Assembly (NCBI GenBank): GCA_002633005.1
Contig: NMRA01000358.1
Span: 62,001-126,000, forward strand
Direction: 5' to 3'
Length of the DNA stretch: 64,000 nucleotides
Source: Phoronis australis
Lineage: Eukaryota > Animalia > Phoronida
Shown piece after piece: positions 1-13,022 of the stretch (position 1 is its first letter; every line of letters begins with the position of its first letter). A program made the translations under genes and the position numbers. A model generated the notes under the pieces. It worked only from the letters and a program-made list of their open reading frames with translations. It had not been told where the DNA came from and made no database searches.

Positions 1-172
1 TTCTCACTGGATTCTCACTGTTACATAACATTTTCTCACTCATTCTCACTGACTGCCCCTGTTGTTCAATTCCCACTGGGTTCTCACTGGCATTTCTAAC
101 TATAATTGGTGATTTAGTGAAAATCTAACTGGAATCTAACTGGAATCCAGTGAGATTCTCACTTTCTTTTTC
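1..172. mobile_element. Partial copy of the MITE also present at 2155-2380
   Basis: Near-identical to ~2205-2374 (ttctcactgactgcccctgttgttcaattccc...gtgagattytcactttctttttc); cut by the window start and the N at 173. Confidence 0.75.
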
Positions 173-174
173 NG

Positions 175-850
175 ATTCTCACCTGTAATGGTACCACCGA
201 CACTTGCCTATGATGGCATTACAGATACCCACCTGTGATGATACAGAATATACCACCTGTGAAGGTACCACAGATACACGTAACAGTACCACATATACCA
301 CCTGTAATGGTTACTCAGATAGCCACCTGTAATGGTACCACAGATACTCACCTATAGTGGTATCACATTTACCCACTTGTGATGGTAACTAAGATACCAG
401 TCTGTGATTGTACCACTTATACCACCTGTAATGGCAACACAGAAACTCACCTGAAACGGTACCACATATATCTACTTGTAAAGGCACCACATATACCTAC
501 CTGTAATGGTACATCGTATACCCACTGATAATTACCTCTGATGGTACCACCAATTCTTACCTCTGATGGTACCACAGACACCCACCTCTAATGGTACGTA
601 CCACGTATACCCACCTGTGACGGTAACACCAATACTTACCTGTGATGGTATCACAGATAACTACCTGAAATGGTACCATATATTCCCACCTGTAAAGGTA
701 CCACATATAATCACCTGTGATGGTACCACATACCCACCTTTTACTTTACCACTCATACCCACCTGACATGGCACCATAAAGCCAAAATATGCACCCAATA
801 TGACACCTGAGACACCAGAATACTCACTTGAAGTAGTGACTCGTCTCTAC
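175..850. repeat. Degenerate ~25-bp minisatellite
   Basis: Many diverged copies of ACCTGTRATGGTACCACAGATACCC. Confidence 0.85.
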
Positions 851-1822
851 CAACCTTCCAATGGAAGAATGTCCCATGGTGTCTCAAGACAGCATGCACT
901 CCTGTGGGCCGCTGTCATTCACTGGTCACATCAGGAGGCACTCCCAGGGGCTCTTGTTTTTACTGAGCACATTTAATTTACCACATGCTGTGAAGTTGCA
1001 ATCACTTTCACTGAACACAATTACTTGCACTCATGACCAGCACTCCTGCTCACTTCTTAGGGTGAAGTAACATGAATGCTCAGTCCACTGTATAATAAGT
1101 ACACTTTATGCCAATTGCAAAACTTTTTCATTATCGTGATGGCTACCGCCATTTAATACAAAAATGGCCCATGCGATGATGGCAGCTTTTCATTTTGGCA
1201 AAAGCGTAATTAAGCATTTAACCATGTTTACTTCTTTGTGGACTCTGTATCATTTGGACTCTATCTGACATAATATCGTGCTAGCCGTGATCTGTGTATA
1301 AACTACACAACGTTTTCCCTGTTCTTGGTTAACACCAGGGACAGTACTCATCAATACTCTATACTAGCCAATCAGCTGCATGTTGCATGAAGTCAGGTGT
1401 AGTATCTGCAGTGCTCTCCACAACCACATGCAATGTATCGCAACCACCGGTGTGACTGCACTCCCGTTCTGTTTGATTGTCCTGCGGATGTTTTGAAAAA
1501 CTAGCGACGAGTATGTAAAAAGACAACATCGTTAACAACGTCATATTTGGTTCAAATTACACTTGAAAACAACTGGGCACTGCCCATTGAAACTGAATAA
1601 AGACCAAGTGGTCAGTTGTCAAAAGCCTAATCGGCTATCTCACTCAACCGTCAGGCCGGAATGGTAGTGTGGTCAGACCTCCAGTAATGTACTTACTGAG
1701 TTTTTTGACTGCGTGCATGATTTCAGTTTACTGAAACTTAAACTGGCAGTCTATTCAAGCAAATGTTATAAGAACCTTTGTTGGTGTTGTCTTCTCTCAC
1801 CAACTGTTTTTCATTGTTAAAG

Positions 1823-3632
1823 TGCCTACGACTAAGATGTCGACAACGACTAAGAAGGTGACCACAACTACGACAACCCCACCTCAAGTATACACCAAGA
1901 AACCTATTCCTTCGGTGAATAATATTTCTCCCAAAGCTGGTAAGTTTATCCAAGTGTACAGTTCTCTTACTAAAGGTGGCGCCGTATGCACATCTGAGTA
2001 TAGGCAATGTTTAGGAACATCACCTATTGGATGTTCTTCAAACTCATTAGTATTCAGTATTATTTGTTTTTACTGTGAGGGGCAGAAGATACCATTGCCA
2101 CCCCTCGCGCAAGCTGCGCTACTACTGTACTTGCAGTGGACATTCCTTTGTCTCCCTTATGGAAAAGCTTCAGGAAATTCTAATCCCGAAAGCCAGTGAG
2201 AATCTCACTGGATTCCAGTTAGATTTCTCACTGTAACATAACATTTTCTCACTCATTCTCACTGACTGCCCCTGTTGTTCAATTCCCATTGGGTTCTCAC
2301 TGGCATTTCTAACTATAATTGGTGATTTAGTGAAAATCTAACTGGAATCCAGTGAGATTTTCACTTTCTTTTTCGTAAGGACTGACAACAGCCGAGTGTT
2401 CGAAAGGCAGAGACATGCCACCAAGATCTAAATTGCAGAAAATCCAAATTTTAGCAATTTTTATTGTAACACATTGTTTCAGGAGCTAACAAACAAGATC
2501 TACCAAAAGCACTCGAGGGAGGTACTGTGGCCGCTATTGTTGTCAGTGTCATTGTGGCCATTGTGCTGATTGCTGTGGTTGCCTTCTTTTTGTGGAAACG
2601 ATAGTAAGTATTCACTGTCCTTGTCGCTGTTTGTACTATGAGTGGTTTACAAAAGTTTCAAGCAAAATTAGGTGTTCATCTGCACCAAGAGGGAGAGGTT
2701 CTTGGCCACAATGTCATGCGTCTGTCCCCTGCCAGACTTGTTGTCTGGTCATGATCACATTCACTCTTATAAATCTAACGTGAAAGTTGGATCCGGTACA
2801 CTCTGTGTAAGAGACATAGAGAATGTCAGGCCCAATAGTGAGGTACACTCTGTGTAATGAATAGACAAAGGGAATACCAGGCTGAGTAAGGGGTAGATAC
2901 TCCAGAATTAAACTCCTCTTGAGTAGTAATATGTTGTGGATATACCATGATCCACTCCCCACTGAGTGGATAGGCAGCAGTGGCCAAGGCATTTAATCCC
3001 TCACATTTAGGGTGTTAGTGCTCCCATTAAGATAAATAAAAATGCTGTTCTGCACCAGATAGTGGTGCACCAGTGCAATCTAGGAGTATTTTGTTGAATA
3101 GGTGCACCTAGGCAACACCTGGACATGTCTGCTCACGACGTTAGCCGCAGACCCCTCCTCCAGCCCTCCTTTAGATGTCAGTGTGCTACTTGGTGAACTG
3201 TAAATCCATCATGTACATCACGTTGACCTCACGTGACTTTCTATTTCCAGCTGGCCGGTGTATCGGAGCAAGCGTTATGAGCAACACACTAATGAAGGTA
3301 CTGCCAGTGTCTACGATGCAGCAGAGGTTCCTAACGTCATGTACCAATCACCAGATCACCTCAGTTTTGGCAATCCGCTCTACGATACAGTACAGGGGGC
3401 ACGGGCACGTGACATCAACCCCAACTTTGACGCGAAGGATTCTCGCCCAGAGGTGCACTTTGGTCCCGACATGACGGGACTGCCGGAAAAGGGTGTCGCT
3501 GAGACAAGGAATGTTGGTGGTGAGATGGAGTCTGTGACTCTGGGGGGTGACAGTTACCTGCCACCCATAGAGACCCCCCGCATCGAGATCAACACGCAAC
3601 TACGCGGAGAGCAATACGACAGTACTGCTTAA
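1823..3632 (+). CDS. Last three coding exons of a single-pass type I membrane protein (Thr-rich stalk, TM helix, FxNPxY tail); LDL-receptor-like architecture
   Basis: Exons 1823-1939, 2483-2603 and 3251-3632 have AG/GT ends and join in frame: PTTKMSTTTKKVTTTTTTPP... / ...GGTVAAIVVSVIVAIVLIAVVAFFLWKRY / WPVYRSKRY...SFGNPLYD...YDSTA*. Ectodomain not seen, so the family is unconfirmed. Confidence 0.85.
2155..2380. mobile_element. MITE in intron
   Basis: Ends CCTTATGGAAAAG / CTTTTTCGTAAGG are inverted; internal inverted motif (tctcactggattccagttagattt / aaatctaactggaatccagtgaga); second copy at 1-172. Confidence 0.75.
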
Positions 3633-4486
3633 GATGGAGTCTCCACGGTGATTAGAAACAATGTTGATACATGGTCCAGTTAGTCAGGCTTAGTATGTGC
3701 TAAGCTGAAACAAACTTGATTATATCATTTGCATGGCAGTATGTTTTTATTGTCTTGTGATCTTTGTGTTATTGAGATACTACTTAGATGGAACTGGTGC
3801 AGTTGAACAGGACATAAATTAGGAGTGGACAGGTCCACTTTGCCCTCATTTATCCAAAGTGCTAAAAATATTCATGCTTGAATTGACGGTGTTTGGCAAT
3901 GTCAGGTTAAATAGGATGGGGTTTCAACAAATTGTAAAATATTTCTATGTGCATATATTATAAGGCCAGTGTATCTGTGTGTGATAATTATAACATATTA
4001 ACCCACCTGATCAAGAAATCTTTGACTCTCAACAAACTGAAGTGTTAATGGCAGCTTTGGTACGAGTGACTGCCACAAGCAGGTCATGCATGTGGGTTTG
4101 ATGCAGAATATTAACTTTACCAGGTTATTGAGTAAGCGCCCATATTGCCTATTACAAATACATGCTAGTCCATGTGGGCAAACATGTCACTTACATTCTT
4201 ATTTTATTTTTGAACTCGGTTATTTTCAGCAAGTCTTACAGAATACATTCCAAGGACGAAATTTGTGATAAAGTCCGCTCATTTTGCATGTGATCCGTCT
4301 TTTTGACGAAATGTTGTTTATTGTGCTGTTTTGACTCAAATCAATTTCTAATTTCATATTTTTCTATGTGTGTTAAAAGTTGTCACCTCACCTGTTCTTA
4401 TTGGAAACTTGTTTTTAGATGTGAAATATTATAACTTTACATTATTTTTGAAAACTGCTATTGTGCACTTCATTAGTCCTTTTTGG

Positions 4487-4692
4487 TGTGGCCAGGGTCA
4501 TAGTACATGGGTGTGGTCATAGTTCGTGGGTGTGGCTGGGTTGGGTGGGTGTGGTTGTGGTGCGTGAGTGTGGCCATAGTTCATTGGTTGTGGTTGGGGT
4601 GCATGAGTGTGGCCATAGCTCATGGGTGTGGCTGGGCTCCGTGGGTGTGGTCAGGATGGATGGGTGTGGCCAAGGTGTGTGGGAGTGGCCGA
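4487..4692. repeat. GT-rich degenerate minisatellite
   Basis: Repeated GTGTGGCCATAGTTCATGGGTGTGG-like units. Confidence 0.7.
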
Positions 4693-5007
4693 GATGTATC
4701 TGTCAGTACTCGTGTATTTATGGCCACGAATACAACTGAGGGTCAGGTTCGTTTTGTTGTCATGACGACTGCATGTGGTACCTCTTCTTCTTTAGCGCTA
4801 AAATGAAATTTTATTTGATGATATTTTTATTCATAGGGCCAAGAATGCGAGATGGCCCTGCAGATTACTATATTGCTATGTTGTTTTCCGCTGTTTTTAA
4901 TTGGGTATGTATATGTATCAGTGCTTAGGTACTAGTTCTGAAGTAGTATACATGAGTATCCCTATACATTCCTAGTTATGAACACTAGTGGTACTACAAT
5001 GTAACTG

Positions 5008-5192
5008 CATGCGCGCACCCAGCCTTGAAATGAGGGTCTGGAATGTTTGAGAGGGTGGGTCTTTTACTAAGATTCCACGAATTTTGGTAGTTCCTGCTTT
5101 TTAGTGGACTTTTGCCTAGTTTTCTACTTTTCTTGGAGTTTTTATGTCTCTGAGGAAGACATTTTTGAGCCCTCCCCCTGGGTGCGCGCATG
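5008..5192. mobile_element. hAT-like MITE with 5-bp TSD
   Basis: 15-bp TIR CATGCGCGCACCCAG / CTGGGTGCGCGCATG; AACTG duplicated at 5003-5007 and 5193-5197. Confidence 0.85.
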
Positions 5193-8059
5193 AACTGTCA
5201 TCACAATGTAGCAAATGTGAACTTCCTTGTTTGAAAATCAGTTTTGTTTGAACGTGAAGAAACGTGAAGAAACGTTACCTGTGTGAGTAATCTGGGTCTA
5301 GTCAACAATGCTGTCTGTACCCTTCATGCCATCCTGCTGTTTATGACCGTATGTTGGGTGAAGGATTGAAAGCAACCCTGAGCTTTTCAGTACCTATATA
5401 CAGGGTTTGTGTTGATAATAAAATTATCAAGAACTCCTACGGTAACATCTCACCAGTTCATGACACAGTATGGACGATATTTGAACTTTTCAATAGTTTC
5501 TCTTTATTTCATCAAAAATATGAATAGCACCAAAATAATGCTTGGCTATGTTGCAAGTTTTGTGTCATGGCTACGTACAGATAATGCAATGACAAATCAT
5601 GGCCATACAAAATAATGTTAGGAGAACTTGAAAATGAGGAAGATCAATTTTGACACTTATTCTTGTCCGAATTTGTCGAGATTTTACGGTATCTTGTGAG
5701 AGTAGCTGTCACTAAGTCATGCAATATTGTGTGTGATAGTTACGTTGTTGAAAGATGTATATTATCCTGGTACGCGGAGTTAGATAGTGTTATGGACTAA
5801 AAGTTTGCTGATTAACTGATATTTTCATTATAGGAGTGTGTGCCTTGTGTTTCACTTCGGAGCCGTATTGCATTCTACGCCAACTAGGAAACGATGTAGT
5901 TATATCATACTCAAGATGTTACAAGTATGAAATAAATATTTCACATTGTTTCAATTGTTTACTTTTGTAATGCTATAAATACTCATTATCGCGAGAAACT
6001 TATTGTGACATTATGTTCAGAAAATGGACTTTTTGGGAACAACATGCCAGTCTTGGGCACACCACTCTTTCGGAAATTATAGGACTCTCCCGGAAACGTG
6101 CGACCGGGTGCATAGTTTATACCACGTTCACACGACACGAAAACTGCAGAAGTTACTTCTACAACATATACCAGTTCAAGTTTTAGTGAAACACTTGACG
6201 GGCGCGAATTGACAGCGGTATGTTCCTCTTAAAGCTACATTTCGTTATGTTTGAGTGGCCAAAACGAAATTCAAATAATTGAGTCCAGGAGGTCCAGGGA
6301 ATGTTAAATACAAAAGAAAACGTAACCGGTTGACTGGAGGCAAGATTAGCAACTGGATGGCTGGTTGCAATGAAAACCAGTATGACGCCAACCTCGTTTG
6401 CGGATGTTTTGTTTTTGCTCACATGAACAGTAGGGACAATAAAGACGTGCAACCCGCTGCTGGATTAACAGAACGTAGAACAACCTACAGCGGCATATAC
6501 TACGGGCCCGCGCCTTTTTGGGGCACCAATATCATCCATGTATACATGTTTCTATGTCCGGTCTATGGAAGCATTGGCTTCAGTCATGTGATGCGTTCCC
6601 GATTCGGAACATTCGTTGGGAGCATCTCCATTTTCAATATGGCCAGAGTCAAGGGTGCAAGGCCCCCACTAAGTTAGCCATGTAAAAAAACGTAGGCGTC
6701 GTTGTGCTGTTCAAAGCGTAAGAATGTACACAAAATGAAAAACGGTGGCCCCCAAAAGTCATAGGGACTCGTCAAAGCGTCAAAAATTTATTGAAGTTGG
6801 CGATTTACTGGGGTTTTTAAACTACAAAGCAGGAAACTAAATCTGCAAAATACATTTAACAAAGGCAGCATCCTTTATATGATGATTAGAACAAGCTTGT
6901 CGTTTTAGCACTTGAGAAGGCCGGGGCTCTGCGCTCCATTGCGCAGGCCCCGCAATTGCTTAATCCGGCACTGATGCAGGCTAGTCGTCGATCTATACTT
7001 TTTTAAAAGTCACCAAAACTACTTTACGATGGGATTAATTGAAATTTGTATGTTTACTGACTGAACTAGTGTTTGACATCTGCTACGACTACCATGTAGA
7101 TGCAGACAGCAAGAGTAGCGTTAAACTTTGATCTGAAGATGACCCTAGGGATCACTTTTCGATGTTGAAAATTTTTATTTCAGGCAATTCTTTAAGGGAT
7201 CAAAATTTAATGCTACACCGGCTGACCGCAACATGTCGGAGGTAGACAAGTCGAACTTCAGCCAACACGCTCATTGAAAGTAAAGCAATGTATATTATTT
7301 GATATTAGTTTTAAAGACGATTTGCAGTCAAAATATTAAGACAGAAGACTAAATTTTCGCCTTCGAATGATCCTCGGTGACTTCAAAAGTTTGTAACTCC
7401 TCTGCGTCGCACTCTTCCCTTCTGTTTTTTCTGAAACGAGACAAACACAACTGCAGCCATTTTTATCTTACGCATGCAGATGGTGACATCTTTCAAAACC
7501 GGTGTATAGTGACCACAAATATCGACGTACCCTTATTGGTACGTATCTTAGCTGCGACAAACTATCATATGCGATCACTGACAACACATGTAGTTTTTTC
7601 TTTTGATTCTTTTGGGTCTACGCAGCAACAACCCTATTTGTATGAGCAAGATCATTCACAAGATAAAACCACGTGATCAGCGAGCACCCTCGGGACTCTT
7701 TGTCAATATATGTGGGGGTAGGGTGCAGTCACACTTTTAAAATCATAATCAACGCAATAATATGTTATATTGGAAAATGTGTAGCAATTTTGTCGCAACA
7801 GCATGGGCGGCGCACCCGGTAGGGGGCTGGATTTTTTCAGTGCTGCGCCGCCAAAAACAGTCCGCCGTCCCAAGTAACCGGCTCACCAATGGTGGACATT
7901 CCAGAGTAGTCTATAAACTATACACTGTCACGAAAACAAGTTTGAACATGGACAAGATTACATTCATGGTGTCTCCGAAAGGTGGCGTTTTAGCAAAATA
8001 CCCAAATGGTTCTAAGAAAGGAAGCAGATTGAAGTGGTTGCAGAGTATGAATGTTTAGT

Positions 8060-8900
8060 TTTACTTCTGGCTGCTCATTGTTCGCTACTCAAAAAGAACT
8101 TGCTCTCCAGCCTTCGAAAGCAATGAATTTTTGTATGACCTTCCTTGTGAAATTCTTTATACCCAGCTTCTGTCAATTGTTTGCCAGTGAAGTTTGGGGG
8201 GTTTTATGAGGCAAAAGATATTGAAATGGTTCAAAACTCCAGTAGCTGTACTAGGAGAAGTTGGAAAACGGCATTACTTAGTCTAATGTTTCAAAGAATG
8301 GGGAAAATTTGAAATATTGGTTTAAGTTGATAACAGCTGACAGCAAAGGGTATATTGCAGTAGCATTCAGTCACCAATACAATCTGACAGAAAAAGGTGT
8401 AGACTGCTAGGATTTAAAAGTGAATTTTTGTAAAGAAAACTTGGGTTTCAAGTTATGTCGAAAACACAGATGATTTTAAAAAACGAGTTTTTTAGACGAT
8501 GTTACAAAGCAAAAAACTGTTATATCTGAGGATAACTTTTTTGACAATCTTGCTAATAGACATACTAAGAAGGAGTTAGGTTTTGAAAGTTATCTCGACA
8601 CAGTTAGAATTAGAAGCTATAGAATTGCTCTGACGAAATAAGAATTTCAGCCCATAATCTAGAAATTTAGTGAAAAAGGGCGTGAATGTGATTTTCCATG
8701 AGAACATGGGGTTCGTGAGTTATGTTTGTCTGCCGGAGAAATTGAAGCAGAATTTTACTTTCTTATTGAGTGTCCTATTTGTAAAAGCCTTAGAGAGAAA
8801 TGTTCGCTTATGATAGATGCTTCGGTGGTTGATATGATAGATTTAGATGATGTACGAAATTTGCCTAAATACTTGTTTTTGGCTTACAAGATACGAAATT
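8060..8900 (+). mobile_element. Degraded 3' end of a LINE ORF2
   Basis: Fragments RISAHNLEI (~8641) and EAEFYFLIECP (~8744) match the post-RT C-terminal motif R..SH.L.IE...C..C...EDE.HFL..C; many stops and frameshifts. Confidence 0.6.
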
Positions 8901-9851
8901 AAATGCTGTAAATATTTCAAATGTATTTCAAATGTATTGATATGTAGGTGTGACTCATGGGCCTGTGGCCGTTTATAAAGGAAATCTCATATAAACTACA
9001 AGTATGCGACACGTCAATGTAAGAGTTGCAAAATGAATGAAGAGGTTGAATTATACTTTTGATCTTTTGATGGACAAGCCTATTGAATCAAATCGGCGAT
9101 AATGGCCATTACCGCCGTTCTACACTAGAAAGGTGTGCGCACTTTCGTTGACCCCATCTTTCGTTTATCATTGGAGACCGTACAGCTGAAACCGTGAAAC
9201 CAAAATACCTATCTGTAGAGAATATACCTGACAGAGATGAAACTGGAAAGACAAAATACTCAAGACCGCCACCTATCGAATTCAGAATTCAGGCAGCCAA
9301 CTTGAAACGAAGCCATTTTTAGTGCAGATACACCTTCAGGTTGTTGTGTAATATGTCACAGATCACCACAAGGATGGCGGTTTATGAGACTATAAACGAA
9401 TTGTGAGATCAGAACTAAACTGAATATGGCGAACAACTGTACCAGTATCTGTCAAAAAACGATGTTCCAAACGTTGCTTAAAAGCGCACAATAGCGTTGA
9501 ACCTTTGTGGTCCTGAAACATGAACGGCTTACTTCGTACCCACTTCTTGAGTAGATTGGTGGAGGCGAACTAAAGGAAATTTTGCATGCTACTTAATCCC
9601 AATGAGACCACAAAGCGTAATAGAGAGAATCAGATTGAATAGCTGGTCGAGGGGGCAATGCCATTCAGTGTCGGCCACATTTTATGACTGACATGAGACG
9701 TTTGTCGGAGCAATGTAATTGTTGAACATCTCAACGAAATGTTGCGAGAGCCTTGTTGTTGGCATAGAGGACGAGCGGGTTCAGCTGTGTGCTTTCTGAG
9801 CAAGGAATAACGCACAAGGGCGCCGTGTAATCAGTAGCTGCGAGTGTGCCG

Positions 9852-12800
9852 CTAACGACCTGAAGACATGCCGGATGTTGCGGCACACTAACGACCTGAA
9901 GACATGCCGGATGTTGCGGCACACTAACGACCTGAAGACATGCCGGATGTTGCGGCACACTAACGACCTGAAGACATGCCGGATGTTGCGGCACACTAAC
10001 GACCTGAAGACATGCCGGATGTTGCGGCACACTAACGACCTGAAGACATGCCGGATGTTGCGGCACACTAACGACCTGAAGACATGCCGGATGTTGCGGC
10101 ACACTAACGACCTGAAGACATGCCGGATGTTGCGGCACACTAACGACCTGAAGACATGCCGGATGTTGCGGCACACTAACGACCTGAAGACATGCCGGAT
10201 GTTGCGGCACACTAACGACCTGAAGACATGCCGGATGTTGCGGCACACTAACGACCTGAAGACATGCCGGATGTTGCGGCACACTAACGACCTGAAGACA
10301 TGCCGGATGTTGCGGCACACTAACGACCTGAAGACATGCCGGATGTTGCGGCACACTAACGACCTGAAGACATGCCGGATGTTGCGGCACACTAACGACC
10401 TGAAGACATGCCGGATGTTGCGGCACACTAACGACCTGAAGACATGCCGGATGTTGCGGCACACTAACGACCTGAAGACATGCCGGATGTTGCGGCACAC
10501 TAACGACCTGAAGACATGCCGGATGTTGCGGCACACTAACGACCTGAAGACATGCCGGATGTTGCGGCACACTAACGACCTGAAGACATGCCGGATGTTG
10601 CGGCACACTAACGACCTGAAGACATGCCGGATGTTGCGGCACACTAACGACCTGAAGACATGCCGGATGTTGCGGCACACTAACGACCTGAAGACATGCC
10701 GGATGTTGCGGCACACTAACGACCTGAAGACATGCCGGATGTTGCGGCACACTAACGACCTGAAGACATGCCGGATGTTGCGGCACACTAACGACCTGAA
10801 GACATGCCGGATGTTGCGGCACACTAACGACCTGAAGACATGCCGGATGTTGCGGCACACTAACGACCTGAAGACATGCCGGATGTTGCGGCACACTAAC
10901 GACCTGAAGACATGCCGGATGTTGCGGCACACTAACGACCTGAAGACATGCCGGATGTTGCGGCACACTAACGACCTGAAGACATGCCGGATGTTGCGGC
11001 ACACTAACGACCTGAAGACATGCCGGATGTTGCGGCACACTAACGACCTGAAGACATGCCGGATGTTGCGGCACACTAACGACCTGAAGACATGCCGGAT
11101 GTTGCGGCACACTAACGACCTGAAGACATGCCGGATGTTGCGGCACACTAACGACCTGAAGACATGCCGGATGTTGCGGCACACTAACGACCTGAAGACA
11201 TGCCGGATGTTGCGGCACACTAACGACCTGAAGACATGCCGGATGTTGCGGCACACTAACGACCTGAAGACATGCCGGATGTTGCGGCACACTAACGACC
11301 TGAAGACATGCCGGATGTTGCGGCACACTAACGACCTGAAGACATGCCGGATGTTGCGGCACACTAACGACCTGAAGACATGCCGGATGTTGCGGCACAC
11401 TAACGACCTGAAGACATGCCGGATGTTGCGGCACACTAACGACCTGAAGACATGCCGGATGTTGCGGCACACTAACGACCTGAAGACATGCCGGATGTTG
11501 CGGCACACTAACGACCTGAAGACATGCCGGATGTTGCGGCACACTAACGACCTGAAGACATGCCGGATGTTGCGGCACACTAACGACCTGAAGACATGCC
11601 GGATGTTGCGGCACACTAACGACCTGAAGACATGCCGGATGTTGCGGCACACTAACGACCTGAAGACATGCCGGATGTTGCGGCACACTAACGACCTGAA
11701 GACATGCCGGATGTTGCGGCACACTAACGACCTGAAGACATGCCGGATGTTGCGGCACACTAACGACCTGAAGACATGCCGGATGTTGCGGCACACTAAC
11801 GACCTGAAGACATGCCGGATGTTGCGGCACACTAACGACCTGAAGACATGCCGGATGTTGCGGCACACTAACGACCTGAAGACATGCCGGATGTTGCGGC
11901 ACACTAACGACCTGAAGACATGCCGGATGTTGCGGCACACTAACGACCTGAAGACATGCCGGATGTTGCGGCACACTAACGACCTGAAGACATGCCGGAT
12001 GTTGCGGCACACTAACGACCTGAAGACATGCCGGATGTTGCGGCACACTAACGACCTGAAGACATGCCGGATGTTGCGGCACACTAACGACCTGAAGACA
12101 TGCCGGATGTTGCGGCACACTAACGACCTGAAGACATGCCGGATGTTGCGGCACACTAACGACCTGAAGACATGCCGGATGTTGCGGCACACTAACGACC
12201 TGAAGACATGCCGGATGTTGCGGCACACTAACGACCTGAAGACATGCCGGATGTTGCGGCACACTAACGACCTGAAGACATGCCGGATGTTGCGGCACAC
12301 TAACGACCTGAAGACATGCCGGATGTTGCGGCACACTAACGACCTGAAGACATGCCGGATGTTGCGGCACACTAACGACCTGAAGACATGCCGGATGTTG
12401 CGGCACACTAACGACCTGAAGACATGCCGGATGTTGCGGCACACTAACGACCTGAAGACATGCCGGATGTTGCGGCACACTAACGACCTGAAGACATGCC
12501 GGATGTTGCGGCACACTAACGACCTGAAGACATGCCGGATGTTGCGGCACACTAACGACCTGAAGACATGCCGGATGTTGCGGCACACTAACGACCTGAA
12601 GACATGCCGGATGTTGCGGCACACTAACGACCTGAAGACATGCCGGATGTTGCGGCACACTAACGACCTGAAGACATGCCGGATGTTGCGGCACACTAAC
12701 GACCTGAAGACATGCCGGATGTTGCGGCACACTAACGACCTGAAGACATGCCGGATGTTGCGGCACACTAACGACCTGAAGACATGCCGGATGTTGCGGC

Positions 12801-12919
12801 ACACTAACGACCTGAAGACATGCCGGATGTTGCGGCACACTAACGACCTGAAGACATGCCGGATGTTGCGGCACACTAACGACCTGAAGACATGCCGGAT
12901 GTTGCGGCACACTAACGAC
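9852..12919. repeat. Perfect 36-bp tandem array, ~85 copies (CTAACGACCTGAAGACATGCCGGATGTTGCGGCACA)
   Basis: Identical head-to-tail units, no spacers, no variant seen; runs into the N at 12920. Confidence 0.98.
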
Positions 12920-13022
12920 NCCGCCACCACCACCATCGCCGCTACCATAACCATCCACCATTATTAACAAAACCACCAAGAGTGTTACCGCCCTCTGCTG
13001 GCGCCGCCACCGCTATCATTAC

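Noticed and set aside
9852-12919. CRISPR array (36-bp hairpin-forming repeat)
   Set aside because: Units are contiguous with no spacers, there are no cas genes, and the context is a spliced animal genome.
9731-12979. Three ~1000-aa ORFs
   Set aside because: By-product of a stop-free 36-bp unit read on both strands; no synonymous variation; they cross an N.
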